Below, piece after piece: positions 38,600-51,845 of a stretch of DNA of 64,000 nucleotides. Source of the stretch: Anthoceros angustus (lineage: Eukaryota > Plantae > Anthocerotophyta). Positions within the stretch are counted from its first letter, which is position 1. Each line of letters begins with the position of its first letter. Location: assembly GCA_010909165.1 (NCBI GenBank), contig MU008185.1, positions 496,001-560,000 on the forward strand, in the 5' to 3' direction. The notes under the pieces are model-generated. The model saw only the letters and a program-made list of their open reading frames with translations. It did no database searches and was not told the origin of the DNA. Both the position numbers and the translations under genes were made by a program.

Positions 38600-41500
38600 A
38601 GTATTCTGACGTTTATTACCTACCCATATTAGGTACCCATCACGGTTTTGCTTTACAAAGTTACACCTCGGAGGAGGGGGGAGGCCCCGTTACATCTTTA
38701 TGCCGAAAAAGAGCCAGAAATGAGCTCTTCTAACCATCACCGCTGTGTACATAGTCTGTTGAATTTTTAATAAATAATTAAAAATATATTATATATTTAT
38801 GCAGTAACTCGAGGGTGGCCTCGTTCCCATTTCAAGAAGGCCACGCCCACTACAAACCACAAGCACATGACCAGGGCAAGCACATAATATATTACTAGAT
38901 TTTTCACAAAACAAGAGGAATAATATGGTAGAATATTTGATATAATTATTTAGATAACAGGTTGAGCATCTTGTTTACCGATGCTCTGGATATGGTTGGG
39001 GTCGTCGGGGATGCACCTTCTAGTATTACTCTTATCGCACCTTCTAACATTATTCCGATCTAAGCCTATAGAGGGCAATGCACAGGTGTTTACGGGCACC
39101 TTAAGAGAGAGTTATCCCCATAACAGCCTAAAGAGGCATGCTACCAAGAGGCATGACTCGGACAGGATACCTCACTTCATCCCAAAATGGGTTATTTCAA
39201 TCCATGGCCACACCTCATGCCACAAATGAGGTCGGAGGCGGTTGTGGCAAATTAAAATGTGGCAGGCAGGCTGCAAAATGATACCAAAATGCTAAACCAG
39301 TTGCACACTTGTTATCGCTAGATCGACCATCTCTAGCATGTTGTGTTCGCCACGGGCGTATCAGATATGTGGAATAGGTTTGTATGACTTCAGCCTTTCA
39401 TTTCTTCGTTTCTACCACATACATTTTTGTTCTATGCTTCCGCAACCTGTTAGCTTGGGAATGCTAAGATAGAGCATAACATGCAAGCTAAGAGTAAAGT
39501 AGGAGAGTGGTGGCTCTACTCTGTTTTTCCGACAATATAGTAATATATGTCTTAAAACGTAACACCAACCCATTTGCCAAGACTTTGAAAGTCTCAAGAT
39601 TAAGGGATGAAGAGACAACCCTCTTGTTATTTGATTCTATACTTTTGATACTTCTTCCACTATTGTGACTATTGCTGTTAAATAGATAGTTCAAAATTAC
39701 TTGGTTCATACCCTTCGTCCGACCCAGAAGGTCCTTTGTCCGATGCAGCGGCGGCTCCTTCATCCAACAAAGTCAAGATTAAGGGATGAAGGCTAATACT
39801 ACCCCGAAGTCGCCGAGCAGTGCGCAAGGCAACTGCTACAAGATCAATGAACCCAAGGAAGATAGCGTTCCTGAGGGCTACTGTTACCAATTCTCTAACT
39901 ATCGGAACTAACAAGAAAATGAGGGCAGCGACGAGCATGTACACTGCCACTAAAGTTTCCAGTGTGAAGAAAACTCGACCGAGAGCCGCAACCATGGCCT
40001 TCATTTGTGCAGACATGAACTCTGTCAAATCCTTGCCTTTCAACAATCCCAATACCATGCTCTTTTGTGCATCCGTGCTTCGCGCAATCGCATTGCCAAT
40101 AGGTAGTTGCTTGCGGAGCAGAGTCCGTGGCAACCATTGTCATCTCCGCCATTTGCAAAGTCGTCTTCGCCGCTTGCAAGGCAATCTTCGTCGTCATTGT
40201 CGTCTCATTCTCGGCAAGATAGGAATTCGCCTCTTCGACAAAAGTGGAAGCCAATCCTCGGTAGAAGGAGAAGCCTACTCCACAAAAGGGGTTTAGGGGT
40301 TGGTAAAGGTTAAGCACCATCCTCCTCAGCAAAAGAGGTTAATAATGAGGTTGATAATAGAATCTTCAGAAGGGTTTACGACCGCTCTATATACCAATAA
40401 GATTTAAACTAATCGATGCGCATTCACACTTATTAATATGACCTGCCATGAACATGGTCTCCTCAAACTTGGAGTTGGCTTCTGCCCAGAGACGAGGAGC
40501 GTTCAAAAGTGTTTTTTAAATTTTGTACATTTTTTAAACGGTGTTTTTCATGGTTTTTGAAAATATGAGGTAAATAAACGCTGCAAAATCTAATACACAT
40601 TTATTAGAACCTGGATTTAGAGAAGCGTTTGGTGTCACATATAATTCAAGTTTTAAATGAACTAATTCAAGTTAGAAAATAACTCACTCTATTTGTAAAA
40701 ATGCAGTCATATTCACGTACAAGTGATCCCTATTCACATCAATGTGAATGACCTTCAAATATATTTGATTCAAATAATGATATGGGAAATAAAGGACAAT
40801 CACAGTGGTATACCGCCGCACTCGATAATACAATCACAGTGGATACGCCGGTGTACCGGCGCACCGCAAGGACACCGAGGCTGCCTTTCAAACAATATAT
40901 GTTTCATAGTTTGCCGTTGCGGCCGGAGAAAGTTCTCAACGATTTCAGCACAAGATCTGCAAGGCCTGAATTTTGAAGACCAACAGAAGTGTTCACCTAG
41001 ATTGCATAGCCAGGGGTTAGCTAGTAGGCTATCGTTGTGTGTATCCTAGGGGTGCGTGCTGGGAATCTCATCGCTTGACGGTCTTCCACATCTTGCTTTT
41101 ATAGACCTTCCTGGTCTACATTTTTTTGCTCATCCTTTATATAATTCCCTCTCACAGCAGCAACAAATTCCCTCTCACAACAATAGCAGATGGTTGTATT
41201 GCCGGAATCATTCACTGTGCTGACTTGGCTACAAAGACAAAAGGCCGATGTGGAGGGGCCGAGGCCAGACACTCATGGGTCTCAGGCAGGCCATTGGCAT
41301 CGCGTTGCTTTGAATCGTTAGAAATCAAAGCCGGCTGTCCAATGATGTGGGACCTTGAACACGACCTTTTTCAATCCTCAGCACAATGAGGCGTAGGTAG
41401 GAGGGGATGCAAATCACACCTCCCGCCTTCCCATCATTGCGAAGGATGCATGTCGAATAGGTTTTTTTTATGGGGAGCACTTCTTACTGAACCATGGGTG

Positions 41501-44200
41501 CTTTAGGTTTTGAGATGTTGTTTTTCGATGCAAGTGCGAGCAAATGCATAGCCGGGTGGCTTTTGCTCGCACCCGCGTGAAACGAAAATGCTCAACATGA
41601 AGGTTCGTGTAAAAGCCACCAGTGGCTCTCAATGGGCCTCCGTGATGCATGACGTTTTTTTTTCCTTTCCTTTTCCTATAAGGTTGTTAACAATTTTGTT
41701 TTCATCGGTCTAGCATAAATGCCCTTGAATTTTTGGGTCCGTCATTTATTTGTATTGAGGTACCCATTTTGTTTTCGCCGGCTCCTTCAACTTTGATTTT
41801 CAATTGAGTTTTGCCAGAATCTACCGCAAAAAAAAACATGAAAATTCTGCGGTGACATGGGACTACTCATTTGAAATTGCCATCTTCTCTTAATTTTTTT
41901 TCCTTAATAAGCTGGATTTTTCCATCATGTCCCCGAGTTGGTCCCAAGTCATCAGGAAACTTGAAAATGCCTATTTTGACCCTTGTGCTTTCCAATCTGC
42001 CGTTTGCCGTTTCAAAAAGTGCAAAATATACTTCATTTTGCGCTCGTCTCTGACATTAGGAGCTTGATACTAAGCCATACAAGACCTTGTTCATGTGATA
42101 AGGCATTTCACTAATCGCTCAACAAGAGCTACTATCGTTACTTGACTTGCTGCAAGTGGGGTTCCTAAAGGAGGTGGAATGTTAATTATTGGGCAGAAAA
42201 CTAGGACGTCATATATCTAGTAAGTATCTTGATGTTTGTTTCATAGAATAAAATGTTTGAGCTTATGATGTTCACGTTGTTTACAAAATATTTTGTGATT
42301 CATATACGATAGGACGAAGGAGCTACATTTGAAGGTAACACATCGTACGGCTGACCAATTTGATTTGCCTGAGGCCCGTCTTTTAGTTGTGTCATGATGT
42401 AGTAATGGCCTGGCTATACAAATTATTGATGACACTCTTGAGACTAAAGGGAGATAAAGTGATATAGAAAATAAATCAAAATCACTTAATTCAAAATATG
42501 ATAAAGTCGCTCCCGGATGGAGTGATCATCTTCCCTGCGTATGATTGCTCTTACAACCAAACGCGGATCCGCTTTGGTCTTTCTACAAATCGAAGAAGCT
42601 TTTCCTATTGAACGTAAAGCCAAAGAAACATCTTTAAAACTTTCCTCACCCTCAGTCCAAGTCCTATTGGGGTCTATCAATTGAGGAGTTATCTTTGTTC
42701 ACCGAAGGAAGGTGATGGCTATGTTACAAAGGTTAACGGAGGTGTGTTAAGGTAGGCTCAAGCTAAGATTCTGATAGCTTTAGAGCATCATGGTATAAGC
42801 CTGCATGACTGTGAGACTTACCTGTCGAATAGAGACCAAAGTCAGCCATAGTCAGATGACCTATCTAAGATTAGGCGATATCCTTTTCCTCGTAACTCCT
42901 TCTCATGCCTATAGGTTTACCGAATGCTCATACAGAAAAACGTGCTCCTAGATTTGGAACCAAGGGCAAGCTTCCGTTCTATGATAAGGCTGAAAGGCTA
43001 CGCTGCATTTTGTCCAGTGAAGGAAATTACACATCCTCTTTAGCTTCAAGATCAAAGAAGTTTCATGACAAGAAGATTTCAGGTCAATTCATCTTTCGCG
43101 AAGGTATATTCTCCTTCGCGACATTAGGAGCTTGATACTAAGCCACAGGAGGAGAAGGTACATATTTTCATGAAAGGAATATTACTTTCTCATTTTTCAT
43201 TTTGTGTGTCTTCTTAGGTGTGCCAAGCCTCAACAATGGAGTCTAAGATTTTGCAACATGTGAACGTGTGTAATAAGCCCTGAACCTCTACTAGTAGTTT
43301 CAAGTTGTACCATTTCCAATTCCAAGCCTCAAGGAATAGTTCCAAGTTTTATAGGTGCATGCACAACCTCAAATTCCACGCGAAGCTATACATGTGTATG
43401 CATAACGAAGTCCAAATGTGAGCATATATGGAATATCAAACAACGAAGATCCTGACTTTTGGCAACCTTCGGAAGAAGATCTTATTGAAAATAGTTTGAA
43501 CTTAGCTAGTTAAGTAGGATTGATGCCCGCACTATATGGTCTTAAGGTAAAGACATCTTGTGGCGAAGATCAATCTTTTGCAGGGAATAATATTTTTAAT
43601 TGTAGCATCAATATCAGTCTCACACTTTTGTAGGCATCAATATTTCTAATTGTAGCATCAATATCAATCTCACAAGTGCTCTAAATTCTGATATTGTGAA
43701 AACCCTCCTCAATAGGGGGACAGAGACTTTATGTAAAAATGAGATGGAAAACGCATCTACCCCGAAAAAAAGGGGGAATAATCCAACAAAAGGCACCATG
43801 ACAAGAGGGACTAACCCTCGTGATTGCTCATATTGAAACTACCTATAGCCCGAAGAATTTCGAGGACAAGGATAGAAAAAGGCCTGCCTATCTACCGAAG
43901 AAGCTGCATCCCCAGCTCTAGCCCCCCGTCTTATACACCGCGTTTACAATACCCTTCCTAGGGCGATGGACATCCGTTGCCTTGTTGCCTAAAGAAAACC
44001 ACAATACAGGAAAGGAGGAGGTTACTCGTTCTAACTCTTTTTCTTCTTTTGTACCTTTATAACTTTCACCTTATTTATAACTTTCTTCTTGATTATGATA
44101 ACATAAGAGACCAGACATGATAATGAGGTAACTGCAAGTCCCGGTTGCCGGTACTTAACAAAGATACAAGATTTAAAAAGGTCTATCCATATAGAGTTAT
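38600..44200. other. AT-richer gene-free interval between divergent TBP and TRN1, with scattered short duplications; probably decayed TE/insertion debris
   Basis: No spliceable conserved gene. Duplications at 39594/39773 (19 bp), about 40798/40831, 42052/43120 (26 bp) and 43597/43647 (~28 bp). No diagnostic TE domain recognised. Confidence 0.4.
42052..43145 (+). repeat. Perfect 26-bp direct repeats 1068 bp apart
   Basis: gacattaggagcttgatactaagcca at 42052-42077 and 43120-43145. Confidence 0.9.
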
Positions 44201-44453
44201 TTCCGGTAACATGACACCCCAAAAGGGTTACAGTCCAGAACCCTAAGGCTAGGTGTTACGATCACGTCCTTTTTGCAGTGTACGTTTCAGAAACAGAGTC
44301 TCGAGGTGTGCGCTCTCCTGAACTTTGGGTTCAGACTAGGATATGAATTGATAGGCAATCCGTGGGATCTGTCCTCGCTTCACCTCGTCCCAATCGGACA
44401 CTCTGGCAATCACCAGCTGCAATCCATAGCCTAACCATAGCCAAATAATAGAC

Positions 44454-47400
44454 ATGGTAGCACAGGTATGGCAGCCACAAGAGAATGGGGTGAAGGAGAT
44501 ATGTGGACTCCTGCTGGAGTATCGAATACCCAGCGCTGATCAGAGCCGAATTTGGCAGCAGCTGCAGCACTACTCTCAGATTGCTGACTTTAACAACTAC
44601 CTGACCTTCATACTATGCCGCGCAGAGGTAAACTTGCTGACACCTGTGCCAGTCCCTCTATGCGACTCCTTCAGTCAAGTCTTGTATCTCGGCCCCTAGC
44701 GTCCAATTCTGCATTTGGGTGGAGGTGTGCTATATTATGGAGGGGAGTACGCCGATGCGCCTTAAATCAATTATTTCAGCTGATTTGTGGAAACCTTTTG
44801 GGTTTGGTCTTGCTGAGTCTGCGGGGTTTTGTGCCCTCGGCCATTCTGATTGGAGCAGAGCTCGTTAACGAGATGCTTTGCTGTACAGGGGCAATCTGTT
44901 GAAGTCCGTCAGGCAGCAGGTTTGCTTCTGAAGAATAACTTGAAGGCCAAATATAAGTCCTTGCCAACTCCATATCAGCAATATATAAAGGCTGAATTGC
45001 TGCCTTGTCTTGGTGCAACTGATAGAAATCTACGGTCAACAGTCGGTACTGTCATAAGTGTGGTGGTTCAAGAGGGTCACATACAGGGTTGGCCTGAAAT
45101 TTTCCAGGCTATATCTCAGTGTTTAAAGAGTAATGACTACAATCACATGGAGGGAGCCCTGGATGCCTTATCGAAGGTCTTTTTTCTGTCTCAGTAGTGC
45201 TATGATTATCTTATTCCGTTGCATATTTGGCCTTCAGGTTTGTCTTGCTGTCTATCACAGTGCGCATCGCACTTGGGACAGAAACCATCTGGGGCACATA
45301 TGCAGTCTAAAGCACGTTGATGTTAAAGGATGACAATGACTCATTTAGGAATGATAGTATTGGCAGCACGTGTGATGGTTTTTAGCTGCAGGCATTGGCC
45401 AATCATGTTAAGACGAATGCTGTTGCAGGTATGCGAGGACATGCCGGAGGAGTTGGATAAGGATGTTGCTGGCCTTCCCGAGCGTCCCATTAATTATTTT
45501 CTTCCGCAACTTCTGCAGGTTTTTACATCTCTGCTGTTTGAGCAGGACTTTTTTTGCATACATGGCATGAAAGGGAAACACTTCCGCGTTGTGTGATGCC
45601 TTTAGTGGAATAAGATATAGTGTGCTTATGAAGATTTTTTTAAAGCAGGATGTTGTTCTTAGTTTATGGTTTGCTTTCGGCTTGCAGTTTTTCTCTTCAC
45701 CACATGCCATATTGCGGAAACTGGCTGTCAACTCTGTCAGCCAATTTATTGTGGTCATGCCTACGGTACGCCTCGATCGCTATTGCAGGGCTGTGGCTGA
45801 TTTTCTACATTAGTCTAGTGTTGGGTTGGGTGCTTGAAAACACGCGGTATAGATCCTCCCTTGTGCTTATCTATTTGCTACATTTCTTGTGCTTCCTGTC
45901 TTTCCTCCCAGCAGAGACAATACAAACCCTGAACTATTTGCACCTACATGTGCAGGCTTTATTTGTCAATATGGATAATTTCTTACAAGGACTATTTTCT
46001 CTGGCTAATGATTCTGTCGCTGAAGTCCGCAAGCTGGTTGGTTTGCTCATGGACACATCTTGTGTATAACATGAATCAGTAGTATGCTGGAAATTTCAAC
46101 AAGTTGCTTTGCGTTTGCTCCAGTAGATAACAGATACTGTTCTCATGACTTGGTGCATGTTTCTATCCTGACCAGGTCTGCTGTGCTCTAGTTCAGCTGC
46201 TCGAATCACAGCCAAATTTCTTACAGGTGATCCTCACTTGTGCACTGACTTTTAGTATTTCAAAGCAGCATGTATTTGTGCGGGCCTTTTGTGCTGCCCA
46301 TATTCATGGTTGTTTGACAGATGTCCAAATGTTTGAAAAAGTAACTGGTAAGCTTTATCTCTGCAGCCACACATGAAGAGTGTCATCGAGTATATGCTGC
46401 AAGCTAACAATGATGTTGATGAGGAAGTTGCTTTGGAGTCTTGCGAGTTTTGGTATGGTGAAGATCCTTGAGAATATGCCCAGTTGTATGGATATTGGTC
46501 CTTAGCAGGGTAGTGTGATTCTTACAGCAGCCTCCTTGGGCAGGTCTGCATTCTGTGAAGCTCAACTGCCTCCTGATATCCTAAGAGATTTTCTGCCACG
46601 TCTTGTTTCTGTAAGTTTAGCAGAGATCCAATGTTGGTCTTCCCTTCTCTTATGCTCTATGTTGTCTGGAGTGTGGCTCCTCCCTCTCTTGCCTCTTGGT
46701 TCTATGGTGATTCTGAGAATCAGGAATATCTGCAGGTTCTTCTATCGAATATGGCATATGCTGATGATGATGAAGCTTTGGATGATGCTCAGGTAAGAAA
46801 TGAAGAATGACGGGTTCTGTAACTTTGCTGCTTAGTGATGAGAAGCTTTGTTTTCACGTTTCTTAATGTTCTGCATTTCTGTTTGCGTGTGTTCAGGATG
46901 ATGAAAATGCTCCTGATCGGGACCAGGTACTTTAGCTCTAGTTTGTATAATGTCTTGCACCATGCTTATGGTGGCCTTATTGCTCTTGAAGATGACCAGT
47001 GTTTGTGACTCCTTGACCTGCAATATTGGGCAAGCGTCAAACTAACGGGTGTTTATTCATCAGGATCTCAAGCCTCGGTTCTACCAATCACGACTTCATG
47101 GTGGTGATAATGAAGATGACGAGGTATCTCCTACTTTATATCATTTCAAACTTAAGTTTGCCCTATCTTGACAACAAGGCTTGAACTGTTTACTATCCAG
47201 TACAGTTGTTCGTGTTGCTACCAACTTGGTGGCTGTAGCTGAAGCCGCTGGTCGCATTGCAGGAGGATGATGATATTGTGAACTTGTGGAACATCAGAAA
47301 GTGCAGTGCTGCTGGCCTGGACATGTTATCAAATACGTTTGGTGACGAGCTTCTCCCTGTTTTGATGCCAGTTGTGCAGGTGACTGCTCTAATATTTCTA

Positions 47401-50400
47401 AGTTTATAAAGAGGTACTGTTTACCTGTGCATCCCTTCTAACTGTGAGGATAAACAAACTGCACTGCAGAATAAATTGGCAGCTGCAAGTGATGCAGCCT
47501 GGAAGGAGCGTGAAGCTGCAGTGTTGGCTTTGGGCGCTGTTGCGGAGGGCTGCATTCATGGATTGCTGCCCCATTTGAAAGATGTGAGTTGGGTGCCGTT
47601 TGTTCTTGCCATCTGACCCCATCATGTCTATCTGTCTACTGGGGCAGCGTTTTGTCATGATCTAGGATGGTATTGCTGGCATTTCTGTGTGTAGGCCTGC
47701 AGCTAGACCTGGCTTGCACCGATGCATTCTGTTGTATGAAATTTCCTTCTTTGTGATGTGGTACAGATTGTTGCGTTTTTGGTTCCCCTCTTGGAGGACA
47801 AGCGACCACTTGTTAGGAGTATAACGTGTTGGACCCTATCCCGTTACAGCAAATGGATTGTGCAAGTGAGTTCTTTTTTATCCCTCTGTATGACACTGTT
47901 TTTTTGAAATTCTCGAACCTTTCAGCTTTGTGTTTGCGACATTTGATTTTGAGGAAGATCTCTTATCTTTGCTATTTTTGAGTTTGCAGCACATGAGCTT
48001 TCCAGATGGCCCTGCTCAATTTGACACGGTGTTGAATGGGCTGTTGAAGAAGATTCTGGACAGCAACAAAAGAGTGCAGGAGGCTGCATGCTCTGCATTT
48101 GCAACTCTTGAGGAGGTGGTGTGTTTTTAAAGTCTTGTGAAGGAGATAGACCATGTGTTTGAAGACCAGCACTTAATATTGAAATGGGCTTTGTGGTGCA
48201 GGCAGCTTCAGAGGAGCTGGCACCTCGATTGGAGCCCATTCTGCACCATCTTATGTTTGCATTTGGGAAATACCAGGTACTTGTCCTATATAAACTTGTG
48301 AATTGTTGTGTAGCAGCACTTCTGAAAGCATGGACCATCGTACAAATCTAATGGTAGGCATGAGATGCTCAGCATCAATATTTTGATGACTGTATTACGA
48401 ATATGCATGGACAGTCTGTCGATATATAAGTGCAGATGAGTGCTTGTACTTATCATCATCATTGTTGCTTCCTTTTCAGAGGAGGAACCTGCGAATATTG
48501 TACGATGCCATTGGCACCCTTGCTGATGCAGTAGGGTCGGAGTTAAATGAGGTAGGGAATTGTGTGCTTTGTCGTCTCACAATAGAGCAATAAGATCATC
48601 TCTCATGACAATTTCAGTATCTGGATGGTTGATTGGCAATGTAGTAAGCTTCACACGTGGTCAAGGGGGTTCAATAGCAACCTAGCACAAAAATGGCATG
48701 CTGCTTATGGTTTATGTGGGGTTGTCTGTCGCAGAAAAAGTATCTTGATATACTGATGCCACCTCTGATTACCAAATGGCAACAGTTACCTGATACGGAC
48801 AAGGACTTGTTCCCCTTGCTAGAATGCTTCACTTCTATAGCCCAGGTACGATCTTGTCCAGTTATCTGCATGATGTCACAACTCAAGTGTATTTGCATTC
48901 ACTAATGCTAGGGGTGTAATAATATTGCAGGCTTTAGGTCCAGGGTTTTCTCAGTATGCAGAACCTGTGTTTGTCAGATGCATCAACCTGATAAGAACAC
49001 AAGAACTTGCGAAGGTATGTGTGCCTGAAGGGTCAATTCATGTCTCAATAACTTTGCTTATTTCTGTGAGCAAAGTGGGGGGCTCATGAATAAAGACTTC
49101 AACTTCTAGTTAAATTTGTTTCCTTGTTGTCTGGGAAGGGGCAGGTGGCTCCCCCTCTCTTAACGAGGATCTGAGAAACATTTATATGGAATTTGCAGGC
49201 TGATCCTGCCAGGGCAGGTGTACCTTATGATAAAGAGTTCATTGTTTGTTCTCTGGATCTGCTCTCTGGCCTTGTAGAGGGTCTTGGCAGCAGCATTGAG
49301 GGTCTGGTATGTGCAATGTGTTTTATGTTTTGTCTGGTCTGCAAGGAAGCTTCAAGCGTGGTGCTGGTACGAAAGACTTACCACTCTTGTGCAGGTTGTT
49401 CGCAGTGACTTGCGAGACTTGCTTCTGCAATGTTGTGGCGATGAAGCAGCGGATGTCCGTCAGAGTGCTCTTGCCCTGTTGGGTGACCTTGCAAAGGTTA
49501 TGCAGCAAGCAGCATGGATGCATCGCACTTTTCTTGCTTCCGCTCTTGATTCATGCTTCTTAACTTTAGTGTGCTGTTTATTAGGCCTGCGCTGTACATT
49601 TGCAGCCTCGGTTGGCTGATTTTCTCAATCTTGCAGCCAAGCAGTTGGTATGCCTTGTAATTTGTGGCAGCTAGCTGTTTTAGGTCCCTTTGAGAATTTA
49701 TGTACAGTAACTCTGTGAGTCTCTGGATGTTTGTGCAAGGACAGCAGGCTTTTGAAGCCAATGAGAATGTTTCTGTGGTAAACAATGCCTGTTGGGCAAT
49801 TGGAGAGGTGGCTGTCAAGGTAGAATTGTCGATGCCTGCAAGTTTGTTGAGGAATTCAAGGATATTAAGTGTATTTTGAACTTGAAATAGCTTGACCTTG
49901 AATGCTTGCTGAGACAGGTCCGTCAGGACATTTCGCCCATCGTGATGAACGTTCTTGGAAGTTTGGTGCCCATTCTTTCTTCAAAGTCTGAGGTAATAGT
50001 CAGAAACGTATAAAAGTTCAGGACTTGTTGTTTCTGTTGATTCTGTCACGAGGTCCATGCAGTTGTAAAGCATATCACATATCAGAGTTTTAAGGCGTCT
50101 TATACAGAGGAGATCTTGCTACAGGGTTTCAGTAAATCCCTTCTGGAGAATAGTGCTATCACCCTAGGAAGAATTGGATGGGTCTGTCCTGATCTTGTTG
50201 CACCAATGATGGACCATTTTATGCAGCCTTGGTGTTCTGCCCTTTTCACGTAAGTGTCATCATATTGAAAGGAGGTGTCTTGTAACGAAGGTGTGCCACA
50301 CTGGTGACTTTCTAACCCACTGATTTCCAGGATTCGGGATGATATTGAGAAGGAGGATGCATTTCGAGGGTTATGTGCAATGGTAGGTGCTGTCTAAAGG

Positions 50401-50935
50401 TTTTCTTTTGAGTGTTTCCTTGCGTTTTGTGTGCCGTGTCTCTTAATGTTTGCATTTGCAGGTCCGCATAAATCCAGCGGGTGCCATGCCATCGTTTGTA
50501 CAAATGTGTGAAGCCATCGGGAGCTGGCATGTGAGAATCGAGTACCTCCAAGTTGTTCTATTGTGGTTTGATGTCAAGATGTATAATTGTTGTCTCTGTG
50601 GAGGTCAAGTGAATGTACTACTTAGTCTGATGAACCTGCTTCCATTGGTACTCCCTCTTACTCGAATAATCTGTTACCAGGAGATCCGCAGTCCGGACCT
50701 GAGGGCTGAACTAGCACAAGTTCTTTATGGGTACAAGCAGGTAAGCCAGGAGGTGGTTTGAGATTCTGGAAGATGTATTTGGAAGTGCTATGTTTGTATT
50801 GTAAATTGCACTGTTTGCAAGCCTATGTATTGTTTCTTTGGCTTGCAGATGTTAGGATCCTCTACTTGGGAGCAATGTCTGGCAGCTCTGGACCCTGCCC
50901 TGAGAGAGAAGCTGGTGAACAGGTATGGGCTATGA
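44454..50935 (+). CDS. TRN1: Transportin-1 (importin-beta family); multi-exon
   Basis: [20 protein letters not shown]...[28 protein letters not shown]; [13 protein letters not shown]; VALESCEFW; acidic H8 loop DRDQDLKPRF; [12 protein letters not shown]; [18 protein letters not shown]; [12 protein letters not shown]; [17 protein letters not shown]; [15 protein letters not shown]; [12 protein letters not shown]; [11 protein letters not shown]; [11 protein letters not shown]. Ends [11 protein letters not shown]. Confidence 0.96.
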
Positions 50936-51845
50936 AGTTTTGCGAGGAAGGTACGAGCCTCAAGGATGGGAAGCTTCTCACTGGAGGGGTGTGCCGAACT
51001 TGGCTGGCATCAGCATCAGCGTCTGTCTTGCAGGAGACTCTAAAGGCAGATTTCATCTTGGGGCATGCACGGAAAGCTATGGCTCTGAGCTGACTGAGGC
51101 CGGTGTCATCTGGGGGAAATACAGGATGCTATCTGAGCTGCTTTCTGTTGACCCGAGATGAAATCACAAGTGTGATTCATATAGGATCTGACTCCTACAC
51201 GTTGAGAAGGGCTTATTGTTTCTGCTATTCTTCCTACAGGTTGATGCAATTTTTCTTTCATCAGTATCTTCCTTCCATGAGAATTCTGTCTGTGTAATGT
51301 CTCTACAATGGAGTCTTGAAAGGCGGTTTTGCTGTGTATATCCGCCACAAGTGTTGGGCATATCTTGAATTGAACCAGGTATTGCTGGATATTGGATAAA
51401 TGACCATTGTGTCGATCACACGCGGATTGCCGGAACTGAAATTACCTGTCCTGCCCGAGATGGGTTTTTGTGTTTAAATGGATCCTGTTAAAACGGTAGG
51501 AATTCCAGGGAAGGATGCCCCATGCACGGTGAAATCTCCATCAACTTTGGGCTTCAATGCAGGGCAACGAGAGGTCTATCAATGAGGATGCGCAAGAAGG
51601 ACGAAATCACCGCCGACAACATAGCTTGATGAGAAAAACTGTAGTTATCCCGTGCGTGCTGTGGTCGGCACACTGTAATAAATCAAAAATGATAAACTTG
51701 AATGATACAACTGATGACTTCACAACGGTATAAAAATGTCTTGAGATTCAGTGTCTTGGGTTCGTGATATCATGAGCTGATGGTTAGGATATATACTGAG
51801 GGGTCAAGTGGCTCTGAGAAAGCCTCAAAATATTTTGGGATGCTA

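Noticed and set aside
42314-43150. Organellar insertion with stop codons repairable by U-to-C editing
   Set aside because: Stop density in the frame examined is about random expectation, and no organellar gene is recognisable.
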